DNA of 64,000 nt from an uncultured Ignavibacteriales bacterium (lineage in GTDB: Bacteria; Zixibacteria; MSB-5A5; GN15; FEB-12), in the NCBI GenBank assembly GCA_964540105.1, contig CAZILL010000002.1, positions 909,102-973,101 of the forward strand, written 5' to 3'. Position numbers and translations under genes: made by a program. Positions 59,835 to 64,000 of this stretch are shown in pieces (the stretch's first letter is position 1; every line of letters begins with the position of its first letter). The notes below the pieces were generated by a model that saw nothing but the letters and a program-made list of their open reading frames with translations, was not told where the DNA came from and made no database searches.

Positions 59835-60542
59835 ATGACTCGTCTCGCTTCCTTGTCCTCGCTGTTTGCGCTGTTGATCACGACCGCCGCATCTGCCGCC
59901 CCCAAAATGAAAGTCGCCGACGACACTTTCGTTTTTGGGAAGACCACACAGGGAGCTGTTGTAACTCATTCCTTCTGGATCAAGTCAATCGGCACGGATA
60001 CACTTCGCATCATCGAGGTCGATCCCGGCTGTGGCTGCACGCAGGCCCCATTACTTGATTCGCTCCTGGCTCCGGGCGATAGCACTCGCCTTGAAATCAC
60101 TCTGAACACGAGGAACTTTCGCGGCTTCGTCGATAAGCGCCCATCTTTCGTCACCAACGCCAGTCCGGATCGGGTCTTCCTCAAACTCTATGCTGAGATG
60201 ATCACCGACTCAACTCCGGTCGGAGTGGTTAAGCCTAACCCGCTCATCATCGACGTCTCCCAGTTCGACAAGCTCCGTCGCAAAGCCAGGTTCGCGGTCG
60301 CGAACACCGGCCCCAACGAGTGCTCCCTGACTCTCGTTGACACCGCTTTCAAGAGCTTTGACGTCACTCTCCCCAAATCCGTCAAGGCTGGTGCAAGTGT
60401 AGAGGGTGTCGTAACCATTCGCGAAAACGCGATCACGGCTGACTTCCGCGAGTCCCTCACCGTCGAGCTGGGGGATGAAGAGCGAACTCGCTTCACCCTT
60501 CCCGTTGTCCGGATGTACCGCACCAAGCAAGCTGATAAGTAG
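59835..60542 (+). CDS. Exported DUF1573 (Ig-like, CGC motif) protein
   Basis: FVFGK...VTHSF...GTDTLRI..V.PGCGCT...LAPG. Confidence 0.75.
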   Translation: MTRLASLSSLFALLITTAASAAPKMKVADDTFVFGKTTQGAVVTHSFWIKSIGTDTLRIIEVDPGCGCTQAPLLDSLLAPGDSTRLEITLNTRNFRGFVDKRPSFVTNASPDRVFLKLYAEMITDSTPVGVVKPNPLIIDVSQFDKLRRKARFAVANTGPNECSLTLVDTAFKSFDVTLPKSVKAGASVEGVVTIRENAITADFRESLTVELGDEERTRFTLPVVRMYRTKQADK

Positions 60543-60602
60543 CTCGCGCTCAGCCCCGTTTTTTCTTTGATTTTCTCTCGCCTCTGGTCTTAATTGCCCG
60601 CC

Positions 60603-61217
60603 ATGCATCGCCTGACAGTTGAGAATCTCTCGAAACGCTTCGGTTCGCGCAAAGTCCTGACCGACATCTCCTTTGAACTTTCCACCGGCCAATCTATGGC
60701 GGTCGTCGGTCCCAATGGGTCCGGCAAATCCACGCTCCTGATGCTCCTTCTCGCGAGTTTGCGCCCCACACGCGGAAGCGTCACCTACCGCCAAGATAAC
60801 TCTATCCTCGACGACTCCCAGATCCGTGCCGCGACATCGTTTGTCTCTCCGTACCTGAATCTCTATGACCACCTCACCGCCGAAGAGAACCTGACCTTCT
60901 TCTCCACCGTTTCGGGCGGTCATGTCACTGGCAAGCAGATCAACGGTCTCCTTAATCGGGTCGGACTCGAGGGGAGAGGCTCCGATTTTGTCGCGGCCTA
61001 TTCCTCCGGCATGAAACAGCGCCTCAAGTACGCCGTCGCGCTTCTGAATTCCCCCGCCTTTCTCTTTCTCGATGAACCCACGTCCAACCTCGACGAAGCC
61101 GGCAAACAGATCGTGTTCGACCTCATCGACGAACACCGTTCCACAACCATCCTCATCATCGCCACCAACGAAAAAGAGGAGCAGCGCCGTGCCGAGCAGC
61201 TCTGTCGGATTGGTTAG
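60603..61217 (+). CDS. ccmA: Heme exporter ATP-binding protein CcmA-like
   Basis: GPNGSGKST, LTAEENL.F, YSSGMKQR, LDEPTSNLD; adjacent to ccmB. Confidence 0.78.
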   Translation: MHRLTVENLSKRFGSRKVLTDISFELSTGQSMAVVGPNGSGKSTLLMLLLASLRPTRGSVTYRQDNSILDDSQIRAATSFVSPYLNLYDHLTAEENLTFFSTVSGGHVTGKQINGLLNRVGLEGRGSDFVAAYSSGMKQRLKYAVALLNSPAFLFLDEPTSNLDEAGKQIVFDLIDEHRSTTILIIATNEKEEQRRAEQLCRIG

Positions 61218-61872
61218 CCAGGCCTTTGCCGTCTTCGCCAAGGACTTTCGCCTGGAACTGCGTACACGCTACGCTATCAACGCCATCCTCATGTTCGGCA
61301 TTACCACGCTGGCCGTGGTCTCCTACTCTCTTGGCCAGGCCGGTCTTCCCCCGAAACTGCTTGCCGCCCTCCTGTGGACTATCATCTTTTTCTCTGCCAT
61401 GTCCGGCCTGTCGCAAGCGTTTGTCCGTGAGGAAGAGGCGGGGACTTCGCTCGTCCTCAAACTCCGCGCCGACCCGACCGCCATCTATCTCGGTAAGCTC
61501 CTCTTTAACTTCATCCTGCTCTCAGTCATGACTGCCATCATCACGCCCATGTTCTACATGTTCACCGACGCCCCAATTGGCAACGTCGGTGTTCTCTTTC
61601 TCGTCCTCTTGCTCGGCGTCATTGGCCTCTGTGCCGCCACCACACTGGTAGCCGCGATCATTGCCAAAGCCTCAGTCAAGGGTGCCCTCTTCGCCGTCCT
61701 CTCATTTCCCATTCTCATGCCGATCCTGCTTCTGCTCGTCGGAGCTACCACGATCATCATGGGCGGCAAGCCGATGGACGAGACCGCCATGTATTTTCAA
61801 GGTCTGATTGCCTATTCGGTCGTGATGATCACCCTCTCTGTGCTTCTGTTTCGCTTCGTTTGGCTGGAATAA
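61189..61872 (+). CDS. ccmB: Heme exporter permease CcmB
   Basis: KDFRLELRTR, F..EEE.GT...L, IYLGK, LFAVLSFPILMP; GTG start after GAGGAG. Confidence 0.85.
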   Translation: MPSSSVGLVSQAFAVFAKDFRLELRTRYAINAILMFGITTLAVVSYSLGQAGLPPKLLAALLWTIIFFSAMSGLSQAFVREEEAGTSLVLKLRADPTAIYLGKLLFNFILLSVMTAIITPMFYMFTDAPIGNVGVLFLVLLLGVIGLCAATTLVAAIIAKASVKGALFAVLSFPILMPILLLLVGATTIIMGGKPMDETAMYFQGLIAYSVVMITLSVLLFRFVWLE

Positions 61873-61923
61873 TCGCTCCGAGCTTTTCTCAATTTCGGTA
61901 GCAGTCTCGCCGATAACTGAGAT

Positions 61924-62829
61924 ATGATCCCTGACAATCTCACTTCGCGAAACGTCCTTCTGTGCCGAACGGCCGTCCTGATCCTTTTTGTCCTCCTCGC
62001 TGCAGGTCCCTATGCTGCCGTCATTCCCTTCGATCCCGCTCGGGGGCTCGTCGAAATCGACATCGTCATCAACGACACGATTCACGCCAAGTTCGGGCTC
62101 GATACCGGCGCCGACCAATTCTACCTTGATTCCAGCTTCGCCGCTCGCTTCGGCTTACGCCGCTCTCCCGTCGCCGAGATGCACACTGTGGCTGGCGTTG
62201 ACGGAACCACCAGCGCTTTTCCCATCACCTTGCGCTCGCTCAAAATCGCAGACTTACCAATGCAGACCGAAATCCCCGCTACCATTATCGATCTTGCCGC
62301 TCTCTCTAAAGACAAACGAAGCGGCCACCCGGACGGCCTTCTCGGATTGCAGATACTCGAGCAGTATTACGTTACGGTCGACTACCCGCGCCAACGTCTC
62401 GAAATTCGCACCGATGAACCGCACGCCCTCGCCGGCAAACCGTACCGCACCATCCCCTTTCGTATGGCCGGCCACCTGATCCTTGTCGATGTCACCATAA
62501 GCGACCGGTTCACCTGTCCTATGATCCTCGACTACTGCGCCAGTGTCACTTCAATTTCCGATTCTCTCGCAGCCCAGCTCGGCCTCACACCCGCCGGGAG
62601 CAGTTCTCTTTCAACCATCAATTCAGACGCAACCTTCTCGATTCCGAAGCTCTCGATCGGCAACGCCGCCACTTCAACCAGCGTGATCGCCATCATTTCT
62701 GATTTCACGACCTGGAAAGCGGCCTTCCCTCGCGCCCATTTCGACGGCATCCTCGGTGGCACTTTCCTGAACTCCCACGTCATCACCGTCGACTACCGCC
62801 ACCACCAGATCTACATCCAATACCAATAA
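61924..62829 (+). CDS. Exported retropepsin-like aspartyl protease (two lobes)
   Basis: FGLDTGA...DGLLG in lobe 1; ILDYCAS...DGILG in lobe 2. Confidence 0.8.
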   Translation: MIPDNLTSRNVLLCRTAVLILFVLLAAGPYAAVIPFDPARGLVEIDIVINDTIHAKFGLDTGADQFYLDSSFAARFGLRRSPVAEMHTVAGVDGTTSAFPITLRSLKIADLPMQTEIPATIIDLAALSKDKRSGHPDGLLGLQILEQYYVTVDYPRQRLEIRTDEPHALAGKPYRTIPFRMAGHLILVDVTISDRFTCPMILDYCASVTSISDSLAAQLGLTPAGSSSLSTINSDATFSIPKLSIGNAATSTSVIAIISDFTTWKAAFPRAHFDGILGGTFLNSHVITVDYRHHQIYIQYQ

Positions 62830-62907
62830 GCAAGTCTTTCGATTCCCGACGCGTCAGCATTTCTTTTGTCTTGACTAAGCCGACGATAATCACCACCATT
62901 TTCCGGT

Positions 62908-63243
62908 ATGACGCTTCTGAAAACTGACCGCCTCTGGCTAAGAAGCCTGAAGTGGTCATTGGCTTTTTCCCTGCCAATCTTCCTACTCATGGTAGTTGAT
63001 GTTGTTTTTCTCTTCGACGAGCGAGGCAATGTGATGCCCACCATTCTATACTACCTAGGTACACTAATTTACGTGCTCCAATGGTATATCTTTGACAAAG
63101 AGCCTGGCAATTTTTTTGACGTGACATGCGCTTGGAGCTGTCTTGCCAATTCTTTGGTTATTTGGTTAGCGGTCTATGTTGTGTTGCGTATTCGGATAAA
63201 CCGAGCGGAAAAACGTGCTTGTAGCAAGGGCGATGCTCTATGA
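62908..63243 (+). CDS. Small hypothetical membrane protein
   Basis: 111 aa with about three hydrophobic segments; AT-richer than the flanking genes. Confidence 0.5.
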   Translation: MTLLKTDRLWLRSLKWSLAFSLPIFLLMVVDVVFLFDERGNVMPTILYYLGTLIYVLQWYIFDKEPGNFFDVTCAWSCLANSLVIWLAVYVVLRIRINRAEKRACSKGDAL

Positions 63244-63302
63244 TGAAGCGGCGATCATCAAGCGGGTGTGGCAAGACTCGTGGCAGAAACACTGGAGGCG
63301 CT

Positions 63303-63713
63303 ATGACCCTTCTCGAAACTGACCGCCACAAGAAGACTCTGAGAAGAATCCAGATTAACAGGATAAGCGGACAATTGAGAATACACCTGGTGGGAGTTGT
63401 CTTTCTAACAGTCGTGGCAGGGTGTGCAACTGACTGCAGCCGAAGGCAAATACCAACGAGCACGGAACTGAAACTGCAGCTTCGTTGCAGTGATGACGAG
63501 ATTGTGAATGACCTCATATATTCGGTGCGGGGTATCGAGGATTCATTGCTATCGCATGGCGTCACGATAAGCTCTAACTCAACTGCAAGTGATTGTGGAT
63601 ACTTGTTCGTACGTGCCGGCGCGACAAAGTTCGTTTCGGGAGCTCTCACAAATGCCGAACTCTTGCTATGCTGTCGAGAGTTTTTCTGGGCAGGCGGCCC
63701 GAAAAGGGAATAG
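63303..63713 (+). CDS. Small hypothetical protein, possible lipoprotein
   Basis: GGAGG RBS at 63294-63298; a hydrophobic stretch ending VVAG-C. Confidence 0.45.
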   Translation: MTLLETDRHKKTLRRIQINRISGQLRIHLVGVVFLTVVAGCATDCSRRQIPTSTELKLQLRCSDDEIVNDLIYSVRGIEDSLLSHGVTISSNSTASDCGYLFVRAGATKFVSGALTNAELLLCCREFFWAGGPKRE

Positions 63714-63829
63714 TCGAACGCCCCTCAGCATGTGGATAGTTCATCTAAGTCACTGGAAGTCTGCACGGAGCAGACGAACGCTTTCTCCCCTTGACACCAC
63801 CCCCAAAACCCGACATCATTCCCCCACAA

Positions 63830-63995
63830 CGCTTCGGTGCCGTCCACTGCGGACGGGTAATAGGGAAGACGGTGAGAGTCCGTCGCAGCCCCGCTACTGT
63901 GTTTGGCTACCTCGCCAGCATGTGCCACCTGTGATCGCACGGGGAAGGCGCTCGCGAGAGGTTTGAAGCCGCAAGTCAGGAAACCTGCCGAGGTC
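63830..63995 (+). ncRNA. Cobalamin riboswitch
   Basis: GGTGC...AATAGGGAA, GACGGTGAGAGTCCGTC stem with T-loop, GCCCCGCTACTGT, GCCAC...GGGAAGG, B12 box AGTCAGGAAACCTGCC; CTTCGG/CCGAGG closing helix. Confidence 0.88.
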
Positions 63996-64000
63996 ATATC

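Noticed and set aside
1-64000. tRNA-Sec, selenoprotein UGA readthrough, CRISPR arrays, transposases, integron attC sites
   Set aside because: None recognised by eye; UGA-ending genes such as ndk and ALDH appear complete at the stop. A computational scan could still find something missed.

Overview
A 64 kb, mostly plus-strand, GC-rich bacterial chromosome segment. A SprA homologue, a NYPNPFN-type C-terminal sorting domain, ccmAB and selAB together suggest an FCB-related lineage such as Zixibacteria; this is inference, not a search result. The content is largely housekeeping: 3' part of sprA, an M28/glutaminyl-cyclase-like gene, selA-selB, nfeD-SPFH, glnA, gatA/gatB, purN-purC-purH, coaBC, udg, dnaB, mlaEF-like, radA, tgt, alkA-like, dxr-rseP-lepB and ccmAB. 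Points of interest: (i) an uncharacterised three-gene cluster encoding a CxxCH-bearing beta-barrel, a four-Calx-beta lipoprotein tipped with a cytochrome c domain, and a YceI protein; (ii) a ~14.5 kb catabolic gene run behind a near-perfect Rex operator, containing an aldehyde dehydrogenase, an arginine-synthetase-like arcE next to carbamate kinase, cca, sucCD (SucD has a histone-like tail), korDABC, ndk, a nickel-pincer LarA-family racemase, mdh and icd; (iii) a second Rex-like box before hbd-ackA; (iv) three ECF-type GGAAC/AGAAC-N16-CGTW promoters before envelope genes; (v) a few orphan accessory genes; (vi) a cobalamin riboswitch at the right edge. No rRNA, tRNA, CRISPR array or transposase was seen. 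All calls come from motif recognition by eye, and start codons are best estimates.
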